Shown here: in pieces, positions 35,815 to 48,933 of the stretch
How positions within the stretch are numbered: the stretch's first letter is position 1
How the letters are laid out: each line of letters starts with the position of its first letter
Assembly (NCBI RefSeq): GCF_023055435.1
Contig: NW_025964372.1
Coordinates: 45,570,001-45,634,000, forward strand
Origin: Haliotis rufescens
Taxonomy: Eukaryota
Direction: 5' to 3'
DNA length: 64,000 nt
Made by a program: the position numbers and the translations under genes
The notes under the pieces: model-generated
What the model was told of the DNA's origin: nothing
The model's database searches: none
Seen by the model: only the letters and a program-made list of their open reading frames with translations

Positions 35815-36900
35815 GGGGGTATTGGTGGCCCAGTCGTCTAAGGCGCCACATTTTGCTGGGCTGAAACATATGATAGTTTGTTCGAATTCTCCTTCACCCC
35901 GATTATTTCTAAGTTTGTCAGCACCATGCCCATGCTCATGGATTTCTCCAACACTGTAAACGTCTGAGACCTGCATCACTTTGGGCTTTCCTGCTACATT
36001 AAGCTGACATGCTGTGATATTAGTGGAATACTGTTCAAAGCAGCGTTAAGCTATGGTGGGGCGGTCGTGTAGCCTAGTGGTTAAAGCGTTCGCTCGTCAC
36101 GCCGAAGACCCGGGTTCGATTCCTGACATGGGTACAATGTGTGAAGCCCATTTCTGGTGTCCTGGCAGTGTCATACCACTAGATGTTGAATGATGTTACT
36201 TGTAACCCCGCCTGCGGCTGGAGCTAAGGGGCTAAAACAAGGCTCTGAGTCTAGTCTGAGACCTGCATCACTTCGGGTTTTCCTCCCACATTAAGCTGAC
36301 ACACCATCATATGACTGGAATGCTGTTAAAAGCTCTGAGTCTGTATACTGTATCTAAGTGGAGTATTCATGTTAAACTGCTGATGGAATCTCGGCAGGCT
36401 ACACTATTAAAAGGGTATTTGTTCAGATTAGTACAAGTTTTTTGTTTGTTTGTTTTGTTGTTTAACGCCGCACTCAGCAATATTCCAGCTATATGTCGGC
36501 GGTCTGTAAATAATCGAGTCTGGACCAGACAATCCTGTGATTGATATCATGAGCATCGATCCACGTAATTGGGATCGATGACATGCGCACAACAAACTTA
36601 TAAAGAGAATGTGCATGAACAGAGCTATATGTAAGTGCAATAATCTTGAAAGCAATGTTAAACTTCATTGCACTCCATTGAGTTTCGCCCTGTGGTAGAA
36701 TAGGTCTTCAGCAACCCATGCTTGCTGTAAAAGGTGTCTATGCCTGTCGTAAGAGGCGACTAACGGATCGGGTGGTCAGGCTCGCTGACTTGGTTGATGC
36801 ATGTCATTGTAACCCAAGTGGGATCGATGCTCATGATATCAATAACTGGATTGTCTGGTCCAGACTCGATTATTTACAGACCACCGTCACATTACTCAGC
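35815..36900. mobile_element. Cluster of nested/fragmented SINEs (families C, A, D, B)
   Basis: Consecutive matches to the four SINE consensuses in both orientations. Confidence 0.7.
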
Positions 36901-37741
36901 GGCATTTAACAAAAAATATGCAAACAAAATCATTGAACTTCATTTAAACTTCATTCTCGAGGCGAATACCTGCAAGGTTGCTGATACAGCAATAATCACT
37001 CTCACTTCACCTCAAGACGTTCGAATCTCTCTCTCCAACATACATTTCAAAATGGAATGAAATTTGAAAAATGTGTAGTTAGTAGCGCGGCTCAACATAT
37101 ATGTTCTATTTTGCCATGTTTTAAATTTTGACCTTTGCCCTCGACCACGCGGTTTGGTAGCCTTGTGGTTAAAGCATTCGCTCGTCACCCGGGTTCGATT
37201 CCTGACGTGGGTACAATTTGTGGAGCCTATTTCAGGTTTCCCCCACCGTGATATTGCTTGAATATTGCTAAAAGCGGCGTAGTACCATACTCACTCAACC
37301 ACGCCGAAAGCTGAAACTCCCTGTGTCCATTATAGTCAGACATTTCTTTTCAGAAATAAAATTTGGTACATATATGTGTAGTTTTTAGAAGAGCTCCACA
37401 TATACTACTATGTTCCATTTATCACAATATTATCAATTATCACCTTCAAAGGAGTATGGCAAACTATTGTTTCAAGTTTGCCTGTTCTAAATGTTCCTGG
37501 CCAAATCTGATGGCCCGAGGTGTTAGACACTTTCATGTCATACATCAATTATTTGTTTCTCTTTCAAAATCCCTTAACGTAACTGAAAGTATAATGAAAG
37601 AAGTAACATTATTTTAACTTGTTCACCTATATTTTATCCAAGTAAAGATCTTGTTAAGATATTCTTGTCTTGGTTAGCAATGTGTCTGCTGAGAACATTG
37701 TTTGAAAACAAGGTGGCCTTGTACACAAATCAGACAATTTT

Positions 37742-37912
37742 GAGTGAGTGAGTGAGTGAGCATGGTTTTACGCCGCTTTTAGCAATATTCCAGCAATATC
37801 ACGGCGGGGGACACCAGAAATAGGCTTCACACATTGTACCCATGTCGGGAATCGAACCCGGGTCTTCGGCGAGACGAGCGAACGCTTTAACCACTAGGCT
37901 ACCCGACCGCCC
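37742..37912 (-). mobile_element. SINE family A
   Basis: Near-identical reverse copy of 38411-38575. Confidence 0.88.
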
Positions 37913-38410
37913 CTCTGGCAATTTGGAAATGTACGTTTCCATTGTTTTGGGTCTTGGTCCATGCTGTGGTCGGATATATATATAGTTGTAGCTATACAAA
38001 TCTGAGGATATGATGTCCAATAATTGCAGGCCTTGAGTAACCATTGTAAGGGTTTGCCTGAACCAGATTCATTTTCATTTTACCGTTTGAAATATTTGGA
38101 AAAAAACGGTCACTTGTCAGGGTAAATCCTATTGTGAATGTCTGTTCTTCAAGAGATGTATCATGTCTATTGTTGGAATTACTGAAGTTATGATAACGTA
38201 TTTGGAGATACATAAATTATTCTCCTGTTGTATACTGCTTTATATCAAGTATTATCTTCGTTTTCCTTAATCCTTAACGTACATTTCCATACATGTTCCC
38301 TCGGAAGCATACCCCTAAACTTTGAATGCTAATCCTGAGCTAATAATACAACGTATCCTGAAACCCAGTGATATACATACACAATATGCATAATGCTTCT
38401 AAACCAAACA

Positions 38411-38575
38411 GGGGCGGTCGGGTAGCCTAGTGGTTAAAGCGTTCGCTCGTCACGCCGAAGACCCGGGTTCGATTCCCAACATGGGTACAATGTGTGAAGC
38501 CCATTTCTGGTGTCCCCCCGCCGTGATATTGTTGGAATATTGCTAAAAGCGGCGTAAAACCATACTCACTCACTC
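38411..38575 (+). mobile_element. SINE family A with 13-bp TSD
   Basis: TSD TCTAAACCAAACA on both sides. Confidence 0.9.
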
Positions 38576-39845
38576 TAAACCAAACAAGTTACATGTGTGC
38601 TCTATTTAGTTCATTTGTGTGAAAGTTTGGGGTCAAATGGCTCTTCTTATTGAACGTGAGTGACTATGTATGTTCAGATCTTGGTTATATGTTAAACTTT
38701 GACCATGCTCTTCAATTCTCTCAAAAAGCAAGACATAACACAACATCCATCTCACACACGTCAAAGGGTTGATCAACGCAGCTTTGCTAGAATCACACCA
38801 GAGGTATGGCAAGGGGCTGAAGATCACGTTTGGAAATAGAACGTCAGTTCCGCAAACGTGACGGCGTAGATATAGAGAATCTCACCCGAGTGTCTTTTGA
38901 TATCAAATATATCAACACGAGTTGATTAAAGTGGAAAAAATCCAAGGCTTGCTGAGGATTTTTGCCACTTTTATCAACGAGTGTTGATATATTTGATGTC
39001 AAAAGACACGAGGGTGAGATTTTATTTATCATCCAGCATCATTCTTCCAACTTTTTCAATTTGTAGACAGTAATAAGCAGTGTCTTCAGTGTAAAAATTA
39101 CTGCTAACAGCTTCAGTAGCAGAGCTATTAGTTATGTCATTTGATTGTGACGTCATGGTAACCAGTGATGTCACAATGGTCTACAAAGCATTGTGATGTA
39201 ATTCATTCCAGCGATATCTACAGTGTAGATATCGCTTGATCTTATCCAAGCGATATCTCCTGTGGGAGCCAGTTTTGGATGATTAATAAGCCTTGTGTTG
39301 CACTAGTTATAATACCTTTCGGTGATAGACAGATCCAGATACGTCAACAGCAGAGTCCGATGCTGGAGAAAGCAACCGTCTGTAGAACAACAAATACTTC
39401 TAGACTCAAACCCCCAATCTTCCAATACTCATCCCGTTTTCATAGCTTTTAAGTATTCTATCATTTCCCCAAGCAAATATAAAACTTACGTATCTTAATT
39501 GCTACCCCGTGAACGCATATCTTAATCAAGTAAAATAACAGCAATATTTTGAGACCACCCCCAATTCAGGTGACATTTGCATCTGTGAGAATGCACGGGC
39601 CAATGTGAGGTCACCTACTGAGGGCTGCAGTCTATCATTGGTTTATCTGTAAAAGTACCTTTCAAGGCTAATCACAGTGTCAGGAAGGGCTCGATTAGCC
39701 TGTAGGGATTCCAGGTTAGAATAGGTTCCCAGCATCCTGTGCAGGTGGTAAGAGGCAACTATTTGGATCGGGTGGTCAGACTCTGTGACTTTGTTGATTG
39801 AGTGTCACCGTACCCTGATGGGGTGGATCATTACTCACAATATTG

Positions 39846-40012
39846 GGGGGCAGTGGGGTAGCCTAGTGGTTAAAGCGTTCGCTCGTCACGCCGAAGAACC
39901 GGGTTCGATTCCCCACATGGGCAAAATATGGGGGGCCCATTTATGGTGTCCCCCGCCGTGATATTGCTGGAATATTGCTAAAAGCGGCGTAAAAACATAC
40001 TCACTCACTCAC
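39846..40012 (+). mobile_element. SINE family A
   Basis: Matches family A consensus. Confidence 0.85.
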
Positions 40013-40164
40013 TTCCTTTGCGTGGGTGGCCTAGTGGTCTTACGCGCCGTAGTTCGCCGTGCAGATTTGTTTTCTTTTGGCGTGTCAGAACCCTGTTTAT
40101 GTTTCTTGGTTTGTCGGCACCATATCCGTGCTCGTGGTTTTCACTAAAGTAGTAAACGTCCAAG

Positions 40165-40463
40165 GTGAGGTTGGGTGAAATTGGGTTTAACGTCGCGTCC
40201 AAGATTATTGCGCTTATATAGCGACGTGCATGCACGTGTGTGTGTGGCTGCTTGTACTAGTCCGGACTGATGCCGATTTATAGTGCTAGCTCACTGAGAT
40301 ACCATGCCGCAGTTTCACATGAATACCCCACTCAGACACAGTATACTGACTCCGAGGCGACCAGTCCTTGTTTGAGCCCCTTAATGCCGAGCGCCAGACA
40401 GGGTAACAACAAGTACCATCTTTTAACGTCTTTTGGTATGACGCGGTCGGGGATCGAACCCCG
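40165..40463 (-). mobile_element. SINE family D inserted into a family C copy
   Basis: TSD GTAAACGTCCAAG; flanks continue the family C sequence. Confidence 0.85.
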
Positions 40464-41100
40464 GTAAACGTCCAAGATCTGCATCACTTCGGGCTTTCCT
40501 CCCACATCAAGCTGACACGCCGTGATATAACCGAAATACTGCAAAGCAACAGTCTTTTCTCTCAAATAATTAACGTAGAATTATATATATGAGTAATATA
40601 TTATTTTATTGAGTTCGTACAAAAGTATTGTCTATACATATATTCATTGGAAATGGGGATTTACCAGAACAAAATAACATTAAAAAAATGTAAACTATTT
40701 TTCTTACTGTTCACTAATCTTCCTATTCTTTTCTTGCCTTCTGTTGTAAATCAGTTGTGTAAATATCTGGGAGTAGGTATCCTAAGTTGGAGAACTTGAA
40801 CCTAATCCAATTCACATTTTGTTAATAAAATATGTTTTAACCAAACATATATTCACAATACAAATGCAATGATAGGAAGTTATTTACAAAATGTTGGTCG
40901 GGTATTAATATTTAAGATGTTAAATGTTGAAACACTGCGCAGCATAGTTCATGGAATTGGACAACTATTTTCACACTAGTCGAAACCACCCATTGAAAAC
41001 TATAACGGCATGTTTTACTGATACACCTCGTGTTATTAGTTATCCATGACGAGACCAAGACGACCCCCGCTTTTACTTCCGGTACCAGCGGGCCAGGTGT

Positions 41101-41367
41101 CCCGTGAAGATCCGGGGTAGAATAGGCCTTCAGCAGCCCATTCTTGCTTGGAAAGGCGACTATGCTTGTCGCAAGAGGCGACTAACGGGATCGGGTGGTC
41201 AAGCTCGCTGATTTGCTTGATGCATGTCATCGAGTTCCAATTGCATGGATCGATGCTCATGATGTCAATCACTGGATTGTCTGGTCCTGACTTAATTATT
41301 TACAGACCGCCGTCATATAGCTTGAATATTGCTGAGTCGGACGTTAAACAACAAACAAACAAATAAA
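41101..41367 (+). mobile_element. SINE-like family B
   Basis: Full match to family B consensus. Confidence 0.85.
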
Positions 41368-41379
41368 CAGCAGTCCATG

Positions 41380-41948
41380 CAGGTTGTTCCCCGGCAGGTA
41401 GACCCCACACCAGGTCGTTCCCCGTCAGGTAGACCCCCACACCAGGTTGTTCCCCGTCAGGTAGACCCCACACCAGGTCGTTCCCCGTCAGGTAGACCCC
41501 CAAACCAGGTCGTTCCCCGGCAGGTGGACCCCAAACCAGGTCGTTCCCCGTCAGGTAGACCCCCACACCAGGTTGTTCCCCGTCAGGTAGACCCCCCAAA
41601 CCAGGTCGTTCCCCGGCAGGTAGACCCCCCAAACCAGGTCGTTCCCCGGCAGGTAGACCTTAAACCAGATAATTCCGCGGCAGGTAGACCCCACACCAGG
41701 TCGTTCCCCGTCAGGTAGACCCCCAAACCAGGTCGTTCCCCGGCAGGTGGACCCCAAACCAGGTCGTTCCCCGGCAGGTAGACCCCCAAACCAGGTTGTT
41801 TTCCGGCAGATGGACCCCAAACCAAGTCGTTCCCCGGCAGGTAGCCCCCAAATCAGGTTGTTTTCCGGCAGATGGACCCCAGACCAGGTTGTTCCGCGGC
41901 AGGTAGACCCCAAACCAGGTCGTTCCCCGGCAGGTAGACCCCCAAACC
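41380..41948. repeat. ~32-bp minisatellite
   Basis: Unit CCAGGTCGTTCCCCGGCAGGTAGACCCCCAAA, ~18 copies. Confidence 0.92.
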
Positions 41949-43414
41949 AGAGCAATTGTAAAACTGTAATCTTTGTCGTATAAATGTACTACAGCATTTC
42001 GAATGTATCCAGCTTATCACATCGGGAATGAAGATTCATGTAAGTAATCAGCAGCTACGACTTTCTATGTTCCAGCATTGCCGTCACTAGGTTAAATACT
42101 ATGTACATATTTACATGGCAAAATGGATGCTCCCTCAAACAGTTAATGCACACAATATACAAGGAGAGCCCATCTCAACAATATCAGAATGTTGAATCGT
42201 ACGTGGTTGTTTCTGGAATCTTACAGCAGTTTCATCTCATGCGATTATTGGCACCGTATTTCAAGGCCCCCACGGGATCATGTCGATAAGAAGGACACTC
42301 TGGGCCCATTTGAAGGGCAAGGTTCATTGAAGGAACAACGTTGACATCGGTATCCTTCACATGGGTGCCTTTCTTCACCATCCACACGTTTAGACGAACC
42401 GTCGCCTTTTACACCATGAGCGAATCCTCTTGGCGCGACCTAGTTCATTTGGAGCTAGTTTCGGTGGTCGTGTATGTTAATAATTGTTCAAACTGTTTCC
42501 ATTTTCTTGTGTTCAGATCAAGGTGTATGCCTATTTTTAGGTATCACGGAATAATCTCGCTTCAAGAAACAGGCGTCACGTTATACGAACTACAGGATCA
42601 GGCGTTACACGGTTTACCTTGAAGTCATGCAATATATCAACGCAAGGTAACGTAGGTAACGGAATAATAGACTCGAGTGGACCCGAGAGCACGACATCGT
42701 GCCATGACACCGTGATCTGAGATGAGGTCTTTATCCAATGTCTTTACCGTTTATCACAAAAACAAACGCTCAGTTTTGTAATGTAACGCTTTTCTGAAAC
42801 GTCTTAATCCACACAATTTGACACAATATAACCGTACTGTTTTACTTACTTACGCAGCCAGTCTAAAACTCAGGAAAACATGCAAAACGTTTTCCGATTT
42901 TCTCTCTCGAAATCTCAATGATTTCAATGACGTTTCAGTGTCGTTTGCGTCTCTTCATCATAACACAGTCAAGGGAGATAACCCTTTAAGCTCTGTCTCG
43001 CGTATATAGCTGCCAGCTCGTTGATGCTCGGATTTCTTCTCTTGAAGGGAATTCAAATGTAGATTATCCACTGAGTCGCTTCTCGGGCGTTGGGACTGCT
43101 ATTCGAATTATCACAATGTCGTTGACGACGGTACACGTACAAGAGATAAGAAACATCAAGTCAGTGCGTGATAAACTTCGACCCTACTGAACACTGTCCG
43201 TAGCTGCCTAAATGTGACTTTATATTAAGATTAACAGTTGGTATACTTTCACAGAATATCAGAACGAAACGGGCAACATAGTGACGACATGGTGAGTGAG
43301 TTGTGTTTATCGCCGCTTTGATCAGTCATATCACGGCGTGTCAGCTTGAGGATCTCAGACGTTTGTAACCCACGAACATGGGTATGTGCTGACAAACCTA
43401 GAAACGTGATCGGG

Positions 43415-43682
43415 GCCCAGTCGTCTAAGTTGCCGCTATTCGCTGTGCAAAGTTGCGTCCCTTGGGCACGCCAGAAACCTATGTGTGTGGGTTCGAATCC
43501 TGGTTCGCCCCGATTATGGTTCTAGGTTTGTCAGCACCATACCCGTACTCGTTGGTTTCACCGAAATGGTAAACGTCTGAGACCTGCATGACTTCGGGCT
43601 TTCCTCCCACATTAAGCTGACACGCCGCGATATAACTGTAATACTGTTAAAAGCGGCGTTAAACCCAACTCACTCACTCACA
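43415..43682 (+). mobile_element. SINE family C
   Basis: Matches 51233-51509; preceded by an inverted fragment of the same family. Confidence 0.82.
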
Positions 43683-44070
43683 CTCACGCACGTCTAAGGG
43701 ACGCAACTCTGCGGAGCGAATTGCGGCACCTGATCGACCTCACCAACCATGTTATTAGTCTGTTATTTCAGCAGGCAAAACTAGTTTATAAATTTGAAAA
43801 ATAAATAGTCATGGTCATGACAGATTAAATATAGCCGTATGAAAATATCGGGTCCTTAACGTTTTTTGAGGTAGTATATAAAGGTTTTATCACTGTTTGA
43901 ATTGATTTTCTTTCTTTTTTAAATATTTCTACATTTAACTTTAAAACAATATAGCGAAATTAAAATTCAAATCCACAGGCAGACAGCTTAGGTTCATGTT
44001 TTAGTGAGGCGCTATGAACGATGATGTCAGCTGAGAATATTTACACACGACATGAGGTTGTATATTGGCA

Positions 44071-44227
44071 TCAAACAGATTTGATAGAATCGTCGTTAAC
44101 CTTGTCCGATTCTTTGGATTTTTTAGACGACTGAGAACTGCACGATCCGCTCTTGGACAAATGGCCATTGGTCAGTGGTTGGGAGAGCTCAGGAGCTACC
44201 GGGGCCGCAGAGGCTAGAGAGTGGACC
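44071..44227 (-). CDS. Small single-pass membrane protein, terminal exon (cytoplasmic tail)
   Basis: ctctatgtttcag|G GTC CAC; RVHSLASAAPVAPELSQPLTNGHLSKSGSCSSQSSKKSKESDKVNDDSIKSV*; phase 2 matches the upstream exon. Confidence 0.62.
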
Positions 44228-44597
44228 CTGAAACATAGAGTGAGTGAGTGAGTGAGTGAGCGAGTTGGGTTTTATGTTATTTCACGGCGTGTCATTTTAA
44301 TCTGGATGAAAGAGACCAAAATGACTCATTCATCGACGTGTACCACGTTGGTGGCGCCCACTTGCACTGGTATGGTGCAGTCAAACCTACATACATAATC
44401 AAGGCGAATCGGGAATCGAACCTGTGTCTTTATTTCGCGCATGTTCAGACACATCTAAGAAAGGTTTTAGCCTCTACATATCGATTGACCGTTTAATTTC
44501 ATGGAATATGAGAGCAAAATCAGCGACATAAAAGACGACATACTGACATAGTTTCTATGTGATATAACCTGAAGCCGTTTCCTTAATTCCGTATTCT

Positions 44598-44991
44598 AAT
44601 AAGCCTTTTTGTGAAAAAAATCCAAAAACATATTAAAGCATATCAAAATGTAATGCGTGTTCTGATACCATCTGTGAAAGGTATCTTTCCGACTGATTAC
44701 GTTGTCGACGGCGTGGAACTATCAACACGGGGAGGACGGTGCGCAGTTGATGACGACATGGGCGTTGGTGTGAGAGGATGTCATTGTGTTTACACAATAA
44801 GCCTTTTTGTGAAAAAACAAACAAAACATATTCATGCATATCAAAATGTAATGCGTGTTCTGACACCATCTGTGAAAGGTATCTTTCCGACTGATTACGT
44901 TGTCGTCGGCGTGGAACTATCAACACGGGGAGGACGGTGCGCAGTTGATGACGACGTGGGCGTTGGTGTGAGAGGACGTCATTGTGTTTAC
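44598..44991. repeat. 198-bp direct tandem duplication
   Basis: aataagcctttttgtgaaaaaa...cattgtgtttaca repeated at 44598 and 44796. Confidence 0.85.
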
Positions 44992-45384
44992 ATCTCGGCA
45001 GGTTCGTATAACATTCCACCAGGAGGCACTTACGGTAGTAATTGATACTTCCTAGACGCCTTTCCGGAGGATCCAAAATCCTCGTTTTTATAACATTTTA
45101 GCAGACAGACAGACTTTAGGGTTCATTGGTATTTCTGATCATTATATTGAGTGAGAGAGTGAATTTTGTTATGCAAGCGGGCCATTAACATTTCCCGATA
45201 ACCCCGAGATGACCCTCAGCCCTCATTGTACCTGAACTTGTGATCACCACCAAGGGCAGATCCAGCAGTCCAAGAGAGGGGTCCAAAATATCAATATCCT
45301 CTCTGAAATAATTTAAACTGCCTGGACCACCCTCTATGATCACATGCCCCCCTCCATTCACAAAAAGCTGCATTGGCGTTTAGC

Positions 45385-45903
45385 CCCACCCCCACGCCCC
45401 GTCCCCTTTCACCACGCCCCGTTCCCCTCTCACCACGCCCCGTTCCCCGCTCACCACGCCCCGTCTCCTCTCACCACGCCCCTTCACATCACATCACACC
45501 CCGTCCCTTCTCACCACGCCTCCTTCCATCTGACCTCGCCCCCTCCCCTCTCACCAAGCCCCGCCCCCGACGCCTATTCCCCTATCACCACGCCCCTCCC
45601 CTTTTCACCACGCCCCGTCCCCTCTCACAATGCCCCGCCCCCCACACCCAGTCCCCTCTCACCACACTCCCTCCCCTTTTCACCACGCCCCGCCCCCTCT
45701 CACCACGCCCCATCCCCTCTCACCACGCCCTGTCCCCTCTCACAACGCCCCGTCCCCTCTCACCACGCCCTGTCCCCTCTCACCACGCCCCGCCACCTCT
45801 CACCACGCCCTGTCCCCTCTCACCACGCCCCGCCACCTCTTACCACGCCCTGTCCCCTCTCACCACGCCCTGTCCCCTCTCACCACGCCCCGCCCCCTCT
45901 CAC
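45385..45903. repeat. C-rich ~20-bp minisatellite
   Basis: Unit CACCACGCCCTGTCCCCTCT. Confidence 0.9.
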
Positions 45904-46066
45904 CTGTACAGGTATTCCCTCTGTCTCCAGTAGCCCTTGTCCCTCCGGCTGATCATGTTGACCCTGATCCGGAGGAAGCACATGATGGACATGACGACGA
46001 CAGGGAAGAGGAAGATGAGGATGATGATGTAGTTGGCGACGGCGGTGGGTTTGTTGAAGTCGGACA
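45904..46066 (-). CDS. Small single-pass membrane protein, transmembrane exon
   Basis: gattccag|TG TCC...TAC AG|gtgaga; SDFNKPTAVANYIIILIFLFPVVVMSIMCFLRIRVNMISRRDKGYWRQREYLY; strong C-ending codon bias, hydrophobic stretch followed by basic residues. Confidence 0.75.
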
Positions 46067-46088
46067 CTGGAATCAAATCATACAGACA

Positions 46089-46589
46089 AAATCAGAATGT
46101 TTTACTCCGACAAGATGCCTCTCTGCGCGAGGACCTGGCGACCCCATTGAAGGTAATAGCAGGTCACGTCGGGTGAACCCAGGCGAGATTTACTGCCAAA
46201 TGTAAATGAAGAATGTATTCTTGAGCCAATCAGCTTTCTAAAACGATTCAACTTGATTTCTTTAGAAAATTTCGACTTTAACGCAAAATCCCATATGGAA
46301 CTAAAATCATCTTTCGATTGTGCTGCCTTTGGGTGAAGATGTCATGGCGCTCAGAAACGACAAGGTTTATAAATTATGCGAAACAATTTAAATGCGCGCC
46401 ATTTGATATTTACATTCGGGACTGGTCGGTCAAAACATCAAATATGGTGTTGTGAAAGATCAGCTCAATCGTACCGAGAATTAAGAAGCCTTGACGCTGA
46501 TTGGCTGATTAGAAAGTTCACCTAGACGCGAACTTTGAAGATGTCCTCAGATCTTTGCTCAGAGAGGTATCGTAAAATATCTGATTTTT
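46089..46589. mobile_element. Non-autonomous TIR element
   Basis: AAAATCAGA...GATGCCTCTCTG / CAGAGAGGTATC...TCTGATTTT imperfect inverted ends; related to 1739-2747. Confidence 0.5.
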
Positions 46590-47261
46590 ATTACTTTCAT
46601 CACACATAAAGCGGAAATAGGCAATCGATGTCTCAGAAATAGTGTTTGTAAATAATACAACCTAAGTAGCTTCTAGGTCTCTGGGGTAGCTTAGTGGTTA
46701 AAGCGTTCGCTCGTCACTTCAAAGGCCTAGGTTCGATTCTCCAAATTGGTACAATGTGTGAAACTCAATTTAGGTGTTGTGATATTGCTTGATCAAAGCA
46801 GCGTAACCATCCTTACTCAAGTCTCAGGGTATGAATCAATATAATGGCGCGGCCTTTATTACTAACATTCGGGCCTGGTCGGTCAAGAAATTAGATATTC
46901 TGTTCTGAATGATTCGCTCACTCGCACGGAGGAATCAGAAGGCTCGATGCTGATTGGATGAAATTTAGGCTTGCAGGATACATGGAGTATAATTTCACTG
47001 TTTGCTCTGTTGTAATAGTTTGACTTGACACTGATGAAATCTTGGCCCATCAAAGCTGTTATTTGTAAAATAACTCCGTCCCACAGCGCAATGCCATGCG
47101 TACTTGTGAAAAAAGGTGGAAATATAATATTTGTTGGATGGTTAAAATGGGACCTGATTATGCATGTTCCGTGACGTTGAGATTGAAGTAGGTCAACTGG
47201 ACAGTATTCCAGTTATTTTACGACGTGGCAGCTTAGTGTGGGAGGAAAGCCCCCAGTAATG

Positions 47262-47400
47262 NNNNNNNNNNNNNNNNNNNNNNNNNNNNNNNNNNNNNNN
47301 NNNNNNNNNNNNNNNNNNNNNNNNNNNNNNNNNNNNNNNNNNNNNNNNNNNNNNNNNNNNNNNNNNNNNNNNNNNNNNNNNNNNNNNNNNNNNNNNNNNN
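47262..47400. other. Assembly gap
   Basis: Run of N. Confidence 0.99.
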
Positions 47401-47772
47401 AATATATACTTATTTTATTTGGCGAAGGAATGACAATGAAATTACCACTGAATAAGTTGTCCGTATATGTCACACGTACAATAACATGCATTAAACATTA
47501 GACACAGAAATATATACAGGAGATCCGATAATGGAGATAATATTTGCATACTGTACACATATTATAACAGAACTACTCTGGATATATCATACACTGCGGA
47601 CGACTCAGTGATTGTGCTGTGTAGATAGATACACATGAACTGTTTTGACAATACTGTTTTATATTTTCCCTATACCACATTACCTATAACGGCCCCAAAG
47701 GTTGGCACACACTTATATTGTCTGAATATATCTTTTTGTCATGTAATTCAATGTGAAAATATACGACAAATA

Positions 47773-47939
47773 GTGAGTGAATGAGTGTGGTTTTAAGCCG
47801 TGTTTAGCAATATTCAAGCAATATCACGGCGGGGGACACCAAAAAATGGACTTCACACATTGTACCCACGTCGGGAATCGAACCTGGGTTTTCGGCGTGA
47901 CGAGCGAATGCTTTAACTTCTAGGCTAACCCATCGCCCC
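47773..47939 (-). mobile_element. SINE family A
   Basis: Reverse match to family A. Confidence 0.82.
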
Positions 47940-48671
47940 TGAGAAATAGAAATTGTATTAATTTTATACACTAATAGTTAATTGGTTTATGTCCTCTTTG
48001 TATATATTCGTATATATCTTTTTATTTTGATGTCTCTCATAAATTGATGACCGATTGGTTGTGAAGACATTATTTTTCATTTTAATATGATGTATTTATT
48101 AAATCAGTCTAAACGTCTATAAATTATTGATTAATTTGGGAGAACCCGCTACTAATAGCCTATGCAATATTCCATCCATATGACGGTGGTCCGTTATCAG
48201 ACAATCCGGTGATTGACATCATGAGCATCGATCTACGCTATTGGGATGATGACATGCATCAACCAAGTCTGACCGCCCGATCCCGTTAGTCGCCTCTTAC
48301 GACAAGCATGGGTTGCTGAAGACCAGTTGTTACCCGGATCTTCACGAGGGATTAAGTTATACCTACGTGTAAATGATGACTGATTTCCACGACCATCCCC
48401 TGAAAACAAAAACAGATGTGCAGTAAAGTTAATTTTGAATTTTTTAAAATTAAAACAATTAAAATGATGCCACATTTAATTAACTATTTTTTCTTCGACC
48501 ATAACCTGTATCACATAATATTCTTTTTAAATGTGTAGCTACTTCTACATCAATATCACTTTTCAATGACGAATGTATCCGGTCAACAGAAGTAGTGAAT
48601 AAACAGTTCACTGTGTGAACTCGAATACTACTATGGCACAGTGTTAAGATATTTGCTCCTTTTCAGGAGGT

Positions 48672-48933
48672 GGCACGGGTGGCCCAGTCGTCTGAGGTGC
48701 CGCGATTCGCTGTGCAGGGTCGCGTCACTTGGGCACGCCAGAAACCTATGATTGTGGGTTCGAATCCCGGTTCGCTCCGATTATGTTTCTAGGTTTGTCA
48801 GCACCATACCCGTGCTCATGGGTTTCACCGAAGTGGTAAACGTCTAAGACCTGCATCACTTCGGGCTTTCCTCACACATTAAGCTGACACGCCGTGATAT
48901 GACTGAAAACTGTTAAAAGCGGCGTTAAACCCA
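48672..48933 (+). mobile_element. SINE family C
   Basis: Near-identical to 51233-51509. Confidence 0.87.

Noticed and set aside
41300-41983. Overlapping ORFs in several frames (also 55657-56766, 63750-63998)
   Set aside because: Mini- and microsatellite translation artefacts.
44633-45076. 147-aa ORF or alternative exon of the membrane-protein gene
   Set aside because: Poor acceptors, and the ORF length is inflated by the 198-bp duplication.
45344-46205. Pro/His-rich plus-strand ORFs
   Set aside because: Translations of the C-rich minisatellite and the antisense of the TM exon.
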